DNA of 63,718 nt, filler included, from Octopus bimaculoides (GCF_001194135.2; 3 parts of 3 records of this genome joined end to end with filler, not necessarily neighbours in it); one strand, 5' to 3'; numbered from the whole stretch's first letter, positions 37,648 through 52,002 are shown. Notes: generated by a model from the letters alone, not told the origin. Translations and numbers: made by a program.

Positions 37648-37760
37648 ATATCAGCCGAAACGTTGTGTCAACAACAAACAAGATGTGGACAAGTATCCGT
37701 CAAATGTAAATAATGTAAATAATGTAAATAATTCCTCATCTCTTAAATATAGAACTGTAT
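37648..37760 (+). mobile_element. Possible Penelope pLTR piece with the 3' half of a hammerhead
   Basis: cagcc-GAAAC-gttgt-GTC at the gap edge, palindromic aacgtt, then (aatgtaaat)x3. Confidence 0.4.
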
Positions 37761-38549
37761 CCATGTTTCTTTATACATTTTTTGCTTTTTTTTTGTTTTT
37801 TCTTTGTTGTTTTTTTTTCACGGTCCATTTCTTAAACTCTCTCTTTCTTTCCCTCCCCGTCGATCTCTCTTCATGTTTCATAATTTTCTTTAGGTTTACC
37901 AATCTCTTCCTCGGCTTCAAACTCACCTTTCTCGCATTACCATCTCATCATCACATTTCCATACTCCCGCCTCTTTCATTTTGCCACGGTCCCCTTTATC
38001 TATCCCTCCCTCTCTCTCTCCGACTGTCTCTTACGCCCATGGTAATTACTGACACTATCGTCTCTCCTTCTTATTCTCCCCTGTTCTTTCTCTTTTCCTT
38101 CCTTCATATTTCTAGCTCCCTTCATTTCTACTCTCTCTTTATAACCTCGTCTTTCTAACGTTGCCTTCTTATGTCCATCATGAATAATAAGTTTTACACC
38201 TTTTCGTCTCTATTTTGCTTCTAATTTCTCTAGTCGCAATTTCCTTCGCTCATCTCTAGGCTCGCCACATTTAGTGTTCCTCTTTCTGTGAGTTTATGTT
38301 TCTACTAAGTTGTTTTCGCTTCTTTCTTTCTTGCTTGCTTTCTTTCTTGCTTGCTTTCTTTCTTGCTTGCTTTCTTTCTTGCTTGCTTTCTTTCTTGCTT
38401 GCTTTCTTTCTTGCTTTCTTTCTTTCTTTTCGTCATTCTTCTTTTTGCTTGTTTGTTTGTTTATTTCCTTCCTTCCTTCCTTCCTTCCTTCCTTTCTCTC
38501 TGTCTTTTTTTTATTCGTTTCTACCTTCTTTCTTTTTTATTTCTGCCCT

Positions 38550-38592
<43 letters not shown>

Positions 38593-38980
38593 GTCTTCTT
38601 TCTTTCTTTCTTTCTTTCTTCTTTCTTTCTAACTTTTTTCTTCCTTCCTTTCTTTCTTTATCTTCTTCCATTCTTTATTTCTTTTCTTCTTTCCGACCTT
38701 CTTTCTTTCCTTCTTTCCTTCTTATTTTCATTTTCTTCCTTTCATTCATTCATTCATTCATTCATTCATTCATTCTTTCATTCTTTCTTTCATTTCCCGT
38801 TTTGTTTTCTATCTTAACTATCACTTATTTTGAATATTTTTTACTTAATACTAGCCATCTATGCGTTTCCTTGTATTCACTTACTAAATCATCTGTCTAT
38901 CTGACGCTCTGTCTATCTGTCTGTCTGTCTGTCTCTGTCTGTCTCTGTCTCTCTCTTTCTCTCTCTCTCTNNNNNNNNNN

Positions 38981-39016
<36 letters not shown>

Positions 39017-39277
39017 TATACACACATACACTTCTATGATACTGCCTGCTGTCAGCATTTCAGTTTCATTCTTTCTCCTTCATACCCTCTTTCAGCCATT
39101 TGTTTCCTTTCTCAGTTTCTTGTCTCGATGCCCCACCCTCTTTCTGCCTTCTTCTTTTCTGTTCCATTCTTTCACTCCTGTCTTATTTTGGTTCTGTTAG
39201 GCCTCACCTATATTAGTTTTATGTTTTCATGCTTTTTATTTTAATTTTTGCCTTTTGCTGTTGATGGTTGATGCTGT

Positions 39278-39308
<31 letters not shown>

Positions 39309-39820
39309 AATGTTGTATGAGTATATGTNNNNNNNNNNGAAAAATGAAAAACGAGAAAAAAACAAAAAAAGTCACTCCTAAAGTTAAAGAAAAAGTGAAC
39401 TAAACAATAAGATCAATAAACTAGGAAAAGCGAACATCGTCCGAGAGTCCTGTTTTCTTCTCCATTCACCTTCTTTGCTAAAGTTAAACGTATTCCATTT
39501 CCTTGTCTGCAGGGTCATGTTAGTACGGAAAAAAAAAAGAAGTAATAACAACAAGAAGACGACAGCAGCAAAAGTAACGATAAAAAAAAATCAAAAAAAC
39601 AACAAGCAGAAAGCACAAACAAACAATAATAATAACAACATGAACGTTGTAGAAGAAAAAAGACAAGATAAATAAACATTTTAAAAGTAAAAAGAAAATA
39701 ATAAGTAACCAAAAAAAAAGAAGAGAAGATTTTAAAAAGAAATAGATGCAGAAAATATACGAAAATGCAAGAAACAAAGAGATACAAACTACAGGCAAAA
39801 GAAAGTGTATAATAATAATG

Positions 39821-39875
<55 letters not shown>

Positions 39876-40840
39876 TAATAATAATAATGAGAAGAAGAAG
39901 AAGAAGAAGAAGAAGAAGAAGAAGAAGAAGGGAGGGGGAGGAAATGATGAGGATGCAGATGAGAGGGAAAGAAACTAAAAAAATAAAAATTGATTTGATG
40001 ATGATGAAGACGAAAAAGGAGAAGACGAAAAGAAGAAGAATAGAAAGAGATGAAGAAGCAGATAATGAGAAGAGAAACTTAACAGCAAAAATTGATCGTG
40101 GTGGTGATGAGGATGATGATGATGAGGGAGAAGGAGGAGGAGGAGGAGGTAGAGGAAGAGGCAGAGGAGGAAAAGAAGAAGATTAAAAAATAGAAAGTAC
40201 ACAATAAAGTAATACTGAAAGAGTAAATGAAGAAAGAGATGAGAGAATGTATGATGGGCTAAAACAACGGAAAGAAATAATGAATAGATAAAGGGGAAAA
40301 AAATGGGGGGAAAAAAAAAGAGGAAGAAACAATAACGAAAATACACAAGCACAGACGAGTGTGCGTGCGCTAGTTAAGCTTGTAATGGCGTTTGCTGACA
40401 ACCATGTTGTCTTCGAAGAAGTTCTTAAAGCGGAAACGAGGCCGTAGGAAATTAGGAGACATGTCATTGGTTTCGAATCGTATCGAATTCAGTAATCAAT
40501 ATATTGATGGGATATAGTGATGAGTATTTGTTGGAATTATTTTTTAAAAGAAAATATATATATATGTATATATATTAAAATAAATAAAAATCAATTTTGA
40601 ACGTAAAATATCGGCAAAATTTATCCATTCAGCCATATATGTATGATTCATCAATGTATGTTGTTGTTGTTGTTGTTGTTGTCGGTTGTTGTTGATGTTG
40701 TTGTTGTACACTACAAGTGAATACAAAGTTGTTTATATGATATCTATTTTCTGAATGTTTGAATGGAACATTTAAAAAAAATGGTATGTATGTATGTATG
40801 TATCTATGTATGTATATAAAAAACACATACACACACATAT

Positions 40841-40884
<44 letters not shown>

Positions 40885-41399
40885 NNNNNNNNNNNNNNNN
40901 NNNNNNNNNNNNNNNNNNNNNNNNNNNNNNNNNNNNNNNNNNNNNNNNNNNNNNNNNNNNNNNNNNNNNNNNNNNNNNNNNNNNNNNNNNNNNNNNNNNN
41001 NNNNNNNNNNNNNNNNNNNNNNNNNNNNNNNNNNNNNNNNNNNNNNNNNNNNNNNNNNNNNNNNNNNNNNNNNNNNNNNNNNNNNNNNNNNNNNNNNNNN
41101 NNNNNNNNNNNNNNNNNNNNNNNNNNNNNNNNNNNNNNNNNNNNNNNNNNNNNNNNNNNNNNNNNNNNNNNNNNNNNNNNNNNNNNNNNNNNNNNNNNNN
41201 NNNNNNNNNNNNNNNNNNNNNNNNNNNNNNNNNNNNNNNNNNNNNNNNNNNNNNNNNNNNNNNNNNNNNNNNNNNNNNNNNNNNNNNNNNNNNNNNNNNN
41301 NNNNNNNNNNNNNNNNNNNNNNNNNNNNNNNNNNNNNNNNNNNNNNNNNNNNNNNNNNNNNNNNNNNNNNNNNNNNNNNNNNNNNNNNNNNNNNNNNNN

Positions 41400-41432
<33 letters not shown>

Positions 41433-43199
41433 TAATGCAGATGTACTCCCACAAACACATATTCAGAAATATTGATGTTTGTCTAGTGAAGATGGCACAA
41501 TGTGTTGACATATTTGTAATATTTTGTGAATGACAATTTGAGGCAAGTTGATCTGAACTTAGCGTTTTTGAGTTCAAATCCTTTGAAGGTGATCAAGATT
41601 GAGTAGACTCATAGAGGCTTGATAGATAATTGATATCATCGAATGATATGTCTATATGTATCATTCATTCTCCTCCACTCCGATGCAGGCGCGCGCGCGT
41701 GTGTGGGTGGGTGTGCACATGCGTTCTAATTCAACCACCTTATAATCATCCATGAATAATGGTGGCTCAATGGACCTATTCAAATGGTGTATTGACATAG
41801 TTTATTGTCATCACATACTCAATTACACACACATATATGCACATGCACATGCACGCATACATAGCCACATGCTACATGAATACATACATACATACATATA
41901 TACATACATATATACGTGTGTGTGTGTGCACGTGTATATATATGAGTGTGTACATATATGCGTGCTCACGCACACAGACACACACACACAGACACACACA
42001 CACATGCACATAAGTATTTAGATGCGATATGGGAAAATTTATCTATACTTCTTTATCTATCTTCTTATTCATATTTGCGTGAATGTATGTGTGTGTGTGT
42101 GTGTGTGTGTATACATGTGTGTGTACATGTGTGTGTACATGTGTGTGTGCGTATGTATGTGTTTACACGCGCTGACATAGGCATACGTATATATATATNN
42201 NNNNNNNNNNNNNNNNNNNNNNNNNNNNNNNNNNNNNNNNNNNNNNNNNNNNNNNNNNNNNNNNNNNNNNNNNNNNNNNNNNNNNNNNNNNNNNNNNNNN
42301 NNNNNNNNNNNNNNNNNNNNNNNNNNNNNNNNNNNNNNNNNNNNNNNNNNNNNNNNNNNNNNNNNNNNNNNNNNNNNNNNNNNNNNNNNNNNNNNNNNNN
42401 NNNNNNNNNNNNNNNNNNNNNNNNNNNNNNNNNNNNNNNNNNNNNNNNNNNNNNNNNNNNNNNNNNNNNNNNNNNNNNNNNNNNNNNNNNNNNNNNNNNN
42501 NNNNNNNNNNNNNNNNNNNNNNNNNNNNNNNNNNNNNNNNNNNNNNNNNNNNNNNNNNNNNNNNNNNNNNNNNNNNNNNNNNNNNNNNNNNNNNNNNNNN
42601 NNNNNNNNNNNNNNNNNNNNNNNNNNNNNNNNNNNNNNNNNNNNNNNNNNNNNNNNNNNNNNNNNNNNNNNNNNNNNNNNNNNNNNNNNNNNNNNNNNNN
42701 NNNNNNNNNNNNNNNNNNNNNNNNNNNNNNNNNNNNNNNNNNNNNNNNNNNNNNNNNNNNNNNNNNNNNNNNNNNNNNNNNNNNNNNNNNNNNNNNNNNN
42801 NNNNNNTATATATATATATATATATATATTTATATACGTGTGTTAAATCTTTAATCTTTTAGCTTCTATTAATTATAGTCATTGTACTGCAGTCATGCTG
42901 GGTCATCCCTTTGAAGGGCTTTTGTCGAACGAAATTTTTTAAATTTTAACCATGCTGAAAATTTCAACTATGCTGAAACAGTATGTTACGAGGACCTAAG
43001 CAAACCAGCACCAGTTGACGAGGGATGTTTGGAACAAAGACAAAGGTACACATATATACAACGAGCCTTCTTCTGTGCTTGTGTGTTTGGTTTGGGGTTT
43101 ATAGTAGTATACACTTAGTCAAGTGCCTACACACTTGAACTGAACCCGTAGCTATATGTTTCGGAAGCACCAGCAACCCACTCTGTAGATCTTTACATT

Positions 43200-43544
43200 A
43201 ATTTCCGCTGAGATCGACTTTGCCTTTCATCCTTTCGAGGTCGAAATAATAAGTACCAGTTGAGCACTGGAGTCGATGTAATAGACTAGTCCCCTCCTCC
43301 GAATTTCTTGGTCTTGTGCCAAAATTTGGAATCTATATATCTCTACACGGACATTCATGCATACGCAAGTTCTCACCCCCATATATATATATATATATAT
43401 ATATATATTCTTTTACTCTTTTACTCTTTTATTTGTTTCAGTCATTTGACTGCGGCCATGCTGGAGCACCGCTTTTAGTCGAGCAAATCGACCCCGGGAC
43501 TTATTCTTTGTAAGCCTAGTACTTATTCTATCAGTCTGTTTTGC
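43200..43544. mobile_element. SINE C (plus, 43200-43330) and SINE A tail (minus, 43405-43544)
   Basis: Family cores as described above. Confidence 0.85.
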
Positions 43545-44849
43545 NNNNNNNNNNNNNNNNNNNNNNNNNNNNNNNNNNNNNNNNNNNNNNNNNNNNNNNN
43601 NNNNNNNNNNNNNNNNNNNNNNNNNNNNNNNNNNNNNNNNNNNNNNNNNNNNNNNNNNNNNNNNNNNNNNNNNNNNNNNNNNNNNNNNNNNNNNNNNNNN
43701 NNNNNNNNNNNNNNNNNNNNNNNNNNNNNNNNNNNNNNNNNNNNNNNNNNNNNNNNNNNNNNNNNNNNNNNNNNNNNNNNNNNNNNNNNNNNNNNNNNNN
43801 NNNNNNNNNNNNNNNNNNNNNNNNNNNNNNNNNNNNNNNNNNNNNNNNNNNNNNNNNNNNNNNNNNNNNNNNNNNNNNNNNNNNNNNNNNNNNNNNNNNN
43901 NNNNNNNNNNNNNNNNNNNNNNNNNNNNNNNNNNNNNNNNNNNNNNNNNNNNNNNNNNNNNNNNNNNNNNNNNNATATATCGATATTTATATGTGAATAC
44001 ATCTATGCGCACACATATGGATACATATAAACATATTAGCTATAAGAAAAAGAATTTCGAAAAATAAAGCTGAAGAGAATAATAGAAGGATGTGAGAAAG
44101 AAAATAGGTAAAGTAAAAAAATATGTAGAAAATAATAGAATTGAATAATAGGAAAGAAAGAAAGAAAGCAAGAAAGAAAGAAAGAAAGAAAGAAGGAAGG
44201 AAGGAAGGAAGGAAGGAAGGAAGGAAGGAAGGGTGAGAATATAAACAAAAAAATTATGAACGAAAGAAAAGAAGGAAAGATAAAGTAAAAGAAATGGAGG
44301 GGGAGGATAGAAAGATTGGAACAAAGAAACAGAAGAAAAAGAAAGAAGGAAAGATTGAAATAAACAAAGGAAGAAAGAAAGATATACGCTGAATAGTAGA
44401 ATCATTATCAGTTTGCTGAAGCCAGTATCTTCTTCACCTTCACCATCAACTAGCCATATATATAGAGCTGCTAAATTGTTTAGCTTCCAGAATGTTCTTC
44501 AATATTCGGAACCTATTTTCTTGAACTTTTGCCACCTCGATCGAGGTGATATGACACTGTTCATCTTTGAAATTATCCCTTGCATCATCTGCGTTCACAG
44601 TCCGCTATCCATTTCCCCCCATCCATCCCTTTTCCTACCTATCACCTGCCTCTTCACTTCCATACTGATTCAACGTTGCCATATTTTCCCTACAAAGCGT
44701 AGTCCCCACTTTGGGGATTCAGGTCACGTGAGATAAAGAAAAAAAATCAAATAAACGCCAAAAAAAAAGATACGTACACACCTCTCACAAGCATCGTAGT
44801 ACATGAAATGTGTGTATGAGAGAGATAGAAGAAAGAGAGAGAGAGAGAG

Positions 44850-44894
<45 letters not shown>

Positions 44895-45126
44895 AGAGGA
44901 ATAGTGTGTGTATGTGTGTGTGTGTATGTGTGTGTAGCTCTGCGTGTGTATGTGTGTGTGTGGATATGAATGTGTGCATACAAAAGTACGGCCAATTTGC
45001 ACTAGCAGAAACATATAGAGACAAGCCTAAAAGCACAACTCAGTAAAATATATCTGAAAGTAAACACACAAAACGCACGTAAAACACACACACACATACA
45101 CACAGACACACACACACACACACACA

Positions 45127-45207
<81 letters not shown>

Positions 45208-45447
45208 CATAACATACACATACTCATATAAACCAAAAACACCTGACAAGATACGTACCAATTTAGTCAAACATCCATTCTACATCACGAAAAAAAATAA
45301 CAAAAAATGTAAGCGTTCAGTGCAATATGCAAATAAAATATATTTACATTTATTTGGAGTATAATACATAGAATTCAGTAGGTACGTCTAATTCGTATAG
45401 TTAGATTGTTGATTTGCATTATACCACAATCGTATAATGAAGTAGAC

Positions 45448-45517
<70 letters not shown>

Positions 45518-45554
45518 GTGTGCGAGTATGTGTGTATGTGTATAATGTCTATCT

Positions 45555-45760
45555 TTTTTTCTACTTGTTTCAGTTATTAGACTGCGGCCATGCTGGGGCA
45601 CTGCTTTGAAGAAATTGTTACGATCGATCCTAGTACTGATTTTATTTTAAATCTCGGCATTTATTCTATTGCTCTCTTTGCCGAGTCGCTATGTTAAACG
45701 GACGTGGACACACCAGCATCAGTTATCCAGCGGTGGTGGGGAATAAACACAGACACAATG
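45555..45760 (-). mobile_element. SINE family A, 3' half
   Basis: gactgcggccatgctggggc...ctagtact...caccagcatcagtt. Confidence 0.8.
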
Positions 45761-45769
45761 AAACACGCG

Positions 45770-45800
<31 letters not shown>

Positions 45801-46054
45801 ATGTATAAATACATCTGTGTGTGTTACAACTTAATATTTTAGAAACATTTTTTTCTGTTATGTAAATCTATTTATAACGTTTTTGTATGTGCTTGAGTTT
45901 TATATCTGGTTCGTGTTGGGTTAGGAAGCTGTGCTGAGGACGATCATTGATGTAGAATTCGTACTCTTAGCTGCCTTGTCTCCACTGGCAACTTTAAATG
46001 AGATATTGCTATTGCTCATTTTTGTTTTATTTATGTCTGTGTGTGTGTGTGCGC

Positions 46055-46166
<112 letters not shown>

Positions 46167-47202
46167 TGAAAGATTAGCAACAAATTCGTCACGGGCAAGC
46201 AAAACGATGTTCAGAACACACACCAGATGATATTTCTATAGATTACATCATAATTTAAATAATTTATAAGAAAAGCAATGAATGCCAAGAAATATATCTT
46301 AGTCGTATTTCGAGGCATTAGAAGTTTTCTTTTTCTTTTTTCTTTTAATGAAAGCTTTTTAAGACCATGTTTTGACGTCGAGAATTATTTAACACTACCC
46401 ATTCGTTAATACATTTACAGGAAAATTTTGTTTATTTATTCATAAAATAATGTTCAATGTAAATGCATTTAAATTCATTAATTGGAAATTGCTGAGAGTT
46501 CAATTAAATCAAGCCGTGGCATCTTAGTTTTTCAGACTCTCTGAGAAATGTAGAAATGAGTTAACAAGAAAACGTAAATTATTTCTATATAAACAAACAT
46601 ACACTGCCATGCAAACGTATATATACAAGAGGATTCTTTCATATGAAAAAAATCAGGACCAGCATTCTAAAATTTGATACAGAAAAGGGATTGTAATTAA
46701 TGAGTTTAGATATATGTAGAAATCCCTCTAAAATGCAATCATTTAGTGAAGCTATATTTAATGGCATGGTATGTAATTTCAGTAAGGTCAAAATGACTCA
46801 AATTTTCTATTGATATTCCTCAGACCATTTGCCTGTAACAAAATCAACATGAAACTTTAACATACGGCTGGTCATCAAAACTGTTAGTCTAGTATAGCTA
46901 ACACGTTTTCTAACCGGATATGATTATAGAGACAATACATATAAATACTTTCTTTTAAGAAGAATCCTGCTAACTATGTAATGGGTGTACTTTGTAACTG
47001 TACATATAGTATTGATGAACGATACAATATATGAACTTAGTTCGAATACATCATCAACGACGATACGTTTTAAAGGAGTAAAGAACCCAGAGACAATGAA
47101 GTGGTAAGATATGAAAATACTAATACGATGTAAAAAGGCGTAGTAGGTTGTAATCTTAGTAGTGGTGGCAGATGCGGAGGCAGCAGCATTGGTGTTGATA
47201 AT

Positions 47203-47584
47203 TGTTGGCACTCCGTCGCTTACGACGTCGAAGGTTCCAGTTGATCCGATCAACAGAACAGCCTGCTCGTAAAATTAACGTGCAAGTGACTGAGCACTCC
47301 ACAGACAGGTGTACCCTTAACGTAGTTCTCGGGGATATTCAGCGTGACCCAGTGTGACAAGGCTGACCCTTTGAATTACAGGCACAACAGAAACAGGAAG
47401 TAAGAGTGAGAGAAAGTTGTGGAGAAAGAGTACAGCAGGGTTCACCACCATCCCCTGCCGGAGACTCGTGGAGCTTCAGGTGTTTTCGCTCAATAAACAC
47501 TCACAACGCCCGGTCTGGGAATCGAAACCGCGACCCTATGACCGCGAGTCCGCTGCCTCTACTACTTGGCCATTGCGCCTCCAC
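47203..47584 (-). mobile_element. SINE family E, full length
   Basis: Reverse complement starts gtggaggcgcaatggcc..gtagtagaggcagcggactcgcggtcatagggtcgcggtttcgattccc; tail shared with 14227-14537 and 60258-60401. Confidence 0.9.
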
Positions 47585-48001
47585 GGTTTTGATAATAGTG
47601 AATGAAGAAACACATATATACACACTCGCACCTGCTACACTGAAGGATAACTAAAATAGATGAAAGAATGAGATAAGTAAATGAGAGAATGAGATACATA
47701 AAGATGTAGTGATGTCGAACAGCCTTTCACTTCTTCGGATACTTTAACTCATTTTCTATCTCCCTTTTGTTTCTTTCTCCGTTTACGATTATTTAGACCA
47801 ATATTATCACCACTGTCTCAGTCAGCACCACAACTATATCAAATAATGCCGCTGTCTCCGCCACTACCGCTACCATAACATGTAAAATTTCCTTTTTTAT
47901 TATTTGAGTTATTTCCCTTAGAGTTAAACATATTTCGTAATGGCAGGAACGCGAGCATTGATACATATTTAAATAAATGCATACGCTTGTCTATCTGTTA
48001 T

Positions 48002-48032
<31 letters not shown>

Positions 48033-49077
48033 NNNNNNNNNNNNNNNNNNNNNNNNNNNNNNNNNNNNNNNNNNNNNNNNNNNNNNNNNNNNNNNNNNNN
48101 NNNNNNNNNNNNNNNNNNNNNNNNNNNNNNNNNNNNNNNNNNNNNNNNNNNNNNNNNNNNNNNNNNNNNNNNNNNNNNNNNNNNNNNNNNNNNNNNNNNN
48201 NNNNNNNNNNNNNNNNNNNNNNNNNNNNNNNNNNNNNNNNNNNNNNNNNNNNNNNNNNNNNNNNNNNNNNNNNNNNNNNNNNNNNNNNNNNNNNNNNNNN
48301 NNNNNNNNNNNNNNNNNNNNNNNNNNNNNNNNNNNNNNNNNNNNNNNNNNNNNNNNNNNNNNNNNNNNNNNNNNNNNNNNNNNNNNNNNNNNNNNNNNNN
48401 NNNNNNNNNNNNNNNNNNNNNNNNNNNNNNNNNNNNNNNNNNNNNNNNNNNNNNNNNNNNNNNNNNNNNNNNNNNNNNNNNNNNNNNNNNNNNNNNNNNN
48501 NNNNNNNNNNNNNNNNNNNNNNNNNNNNNNNNNNNNNNNNNNNNNNNNNNNNNNNNNNNNNNNNNNNNNNNNNNNNNNNNNNNNNNNNNNNNNNNNNNNN
48601 NNNNNNNNNNNNNNNNNNNNNNNNNNNNNNNNNNNNNNNNNNNNNNNNNNNNNNNNNNNNNNNNNNNNNNNNNNNNNNNNNNNNNNNNNNNNNNNNNNNN
48701 NNNNNNNNNNNNNNNNNNNNNNNNNNNNNNNNNNNNNNNNNNNNNNNNNNNNNNNNNNNNNTATATATATAAAATTATATAAGATATACGTTATATATGT
48801 ATGTGTATGAATATACATATATGTATATATATGTGTGTGCGTGTGTGCATGTGTGCGTGTGTGCATGTGTGCGTGTGTGCATGTGTGCGTGTGTGTGCTT
48901 GTTCATGTGTATGTATGTGCGTGTGTGTGCGCGCATGTGGTCAAGGTTTATACCTTTATGTTTGTATGCATAAAATTTCACATATTCAGAATTTATCTTG
49001 CCACAGATATTTCACTTATACACACGCGCCTGCATTCACGCACATATGCGGTAGGCGCACATCTCAAACATGTGTTT

Positions 49078-49135
<58 letters not shown>

Positions 49136-49279
49136 GCTGTACAATATGCTGTCATACATGCATGTATATGGCGTCACACGCATAGATACAAAAACAAGCA
49201 AACGCATGCGCATGCATATAACAGCAGCAAACATAAATGGAAACCTTTGTAAATAGGATGTTTTTATCTCCGATTGCAG

Positions 49280-49295
49280 CGACTGGATTTAGGCG
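49280..49295 (+). CDS. Plus-strand microexon candidate (16 nt)
   Basis: tttttatctccgattgcag acceptor, gcg|gtaagt donor. Confidence 0.3.
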
Positions 49296-50449
49296 GTAAG
49301 TCCTAGCACGTAACATTAATCCTTGATCCATATACGGATTAAGCGAGGGAGCATATGGATTCACTGATTAATTTAATCGACTCATAATCTCTGTCATATA
49401 GATTTCTTGTATGTTTGTTCAGTTCCTACACAAACACATATACCCATACACATATAGATTCGTTTAGATATACATTCACATACATACAAACATGCATTTG
49501 CACTTATCTACAAACATTATATATATNNNNNNNNNNNNNNNNNNNNNNNNNNNNNNNNNNNNNNNNNNNNNNNNNNNNNNNNNNNNNNNNNNNNNNNNNN
49601 NNNNNNNNNNNNNNNNNNNNNNNNNNNNNNNNNNNNNNNNNNNNNNNNNNNNNNNNNNNNNNNNNNNNNNNNNNNNNNNNNNNNNNNNNNNNNNNNNNNN
49701 NNNNNNNNNNNNNNNNNNNNNNNNNNNNNNNNNNNNNNNNNNNNNNNNNNNNNNNNNNNNNNNNNGGAGCATGAAAAGAGTGAGTGTGTATGGAGGGACT
49801 AGAGATAGAAGAGGGACGGCAGATGGATAGAGAAAGGAGGGGAACACGATGAAATACGGATTAGTTGAAGAAACGTCAGTTAATGCATGAATAAAATCGT
49901 GTTCAAGTGGCGACTCACTTTACAACGATATACGTACGCACGCAGAAGCTTATACATACACATATTCACCATCTCACAGAGAGAGAATGAGACAGAGAGA
50001 GAGAGAGAGAGGGGGGGGGGAGAGTGTGAGAGAGGGAGAGAATGAAAGAAAGGAAGAGAGATTACATCTAAAAGCTGCTTCATCTATATTCATCTTTTGT
50101 GAACGTAGTCTTGATCAGGGGGAGTTGATGCGTCAGATGCCGTACAACGTTCATTAGGTATTTCGCCTCAATTCAGCGCGTAGTCAGAGTGGGCCAAATC
50201 ACTGGCCAGCTTCTTCTCCGCACTTCCAGCTTATCTCTTCTCTTTTTCTTTTTTTTATTACTAACAAAAGGCTCTCTCAGTGTCATACCCATCCTGTGAG
50301 CAGGTGTCTATGGGACTTTTTTTTTTTTTTTTTTACATTCTGATGTCTGTGAGCATTCTGTTAATACTGATTGGGTGAGGAATCTTCTGCAGACGACATC
50401 GATTGGGAGTAACCATGCCTGTCATTCTTTCTCCATGCAGCTTTTCAAA

Positions 50450-51020
50450 ACGCTTGATCCCACTTTTCTTTCCTTGAGAACACTCGATCTGAGTGAACTT
50501 CTCTGCTTCAAACCACGACACCTAAACCAGCCTCGGAATTTTATGGATGACCCACGTAACTGCAATAGTCCGTTAGGTCTACCTCCATATCTCCTTTAGT
50601 GTACTGATTGTTCTCCTTGCCGTGGTTGACAGTTTTTCTCTCCTGTCACGAATTTAATTGCAAGTATTGGTTCCCCGTTATATTCGCGTTTCCTGAGGTT
50701 CACCTGCTCCAGGTTGCTAGCAAGTATCGTGAACACAATGTGAACTAAATATCTATATTTTCATTGTGTACATTCGTACTCTGACAAGATATGTATTAAT
50801 TGTTTTCGTGAACGAATTCGCATCTACTTCATGGAGATCTTCAAATACTTTGACATGAGATCGAAGATCATGTGCACTTGGAACAATGACGCATTGTTCT
50901 TTCTGGATCTAACACTAGATTGGGAGGATGGTGATTTGGCAATAAGTAGAGGTAACCAGTACCAAGCACTAATATCGTTTTCAATGCCAAAGTATGGTGT
51001 AAGCCCTTTGAAAATTCCCT
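50450..51020 (+). mobile_element. Penelope-like RT remnant, heavily decayed
   Basis: TPKPASEFYG.P, WLTVFLS, LVPRYIR, and SKIMCTWNNDALFFLDLTLDWEDGDL resembling PLE RT motifs (IKFT.E....LPFLD). Confidence 0.55.
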
Positions 51021-51929
51021 AAAACATGCATACGTATAAGCAAATATATGTGCAGACGGATATGTGCATTTATGTGTAGACAAAAGAGCGCGCGCGAACA
51101 CACACACACACACACACATGTCTACATAAAAAGAGCGTACACTGTATGCGCCAAATGCAAATGGGCCGACATGACATGTCCTTTTGTACAGGTGAGATTA
51201 CAGAAAGTCTTCTACAGGTTAAAATGTGTATAACTTGGAACGGTAGTGGAAGTATGATAGTTGCGGGACATTGTAATGGCAAAGGTTGGCAGGGGATGTA
51301 AGTTGTTACATTAGACGTAGCTGCATGGGAAATATCTTTAAATGTGTAATGTCAGGTGTCTATATGTTGATAAGGAGGTTCCGCATCATTGCTGGAAATT
51401 ACATACATACATACATAAATGTGTGTGTATATANNNNNNNNNNNNNNNNNNNNNNNNNNNNNNNNNNNNNNNNNNNNTTAATTAATTAANNNNNNNNNNN
51501 NNNNNNNNNNNNNNNNNNNNNNNNNNNNNNNNNGCAATTGGTAGCGGGAGATGAATTATGTCTTTGATAGGTACTCTGAGAGAATAGTAGTTATGGTAAC
51601 ATATTTGTAAAGATGAAAAAAAAATATATAGACAATATAAAAAAAAACAAACAAAAGAGAAACAGAAAAACAGACAACGCCACAAAAAGAACAACAACAA
51701 CAACAACACTGACAAAAGCCAGGCAGCATTATGGAAATAATGGTAAAGCAAGCAAGGTGTGGAAACGGGTGAGGAATTAAATAGGAATATGGTTATAATG
51801 GAAGTAGCAACAATAGGAGTTGTGGTTTAGTCAAAGAGGTGTAAATATGTTTCCGAGAGGAAGAAAGAAGAAGAAGAGGAAAAAGGAGTCCATTTTATTT
51901 GGTTCTTTCTCTTCTCTTTCCATGCCCAG

Positions 51930-52002
51930 CTGAAGGAATATTTCCCCGTACGTTTCGTTTCGTATATTTTTGGCCCTCACGTTCATTAATGCCAAAAATA
52001 AG
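51930..52002 (+). CDS. Plus-strand exon candidate (73 nt, phase 1/2): EGIFPRTFRFVYFWPSRSLMPKI
   Basis: Long pyrimidine tract ending cccag, aag|gtaacc donor; only one frame is open. Confidence 0.25.

Noticed and set aside
47797-47881. Plus-strand T/S/A-rich exon candidate
   Set aside because: Degenerate ACC/ACT low-complexity tract, common in this genome
50777-50905. Minus-strand open segment IQKEQCVIVPSAHDLRSHVKVFEDL... that looked like an exon
   Set aside because: It is antisense to a Penelope-like RT remnant and its splice sites are weak
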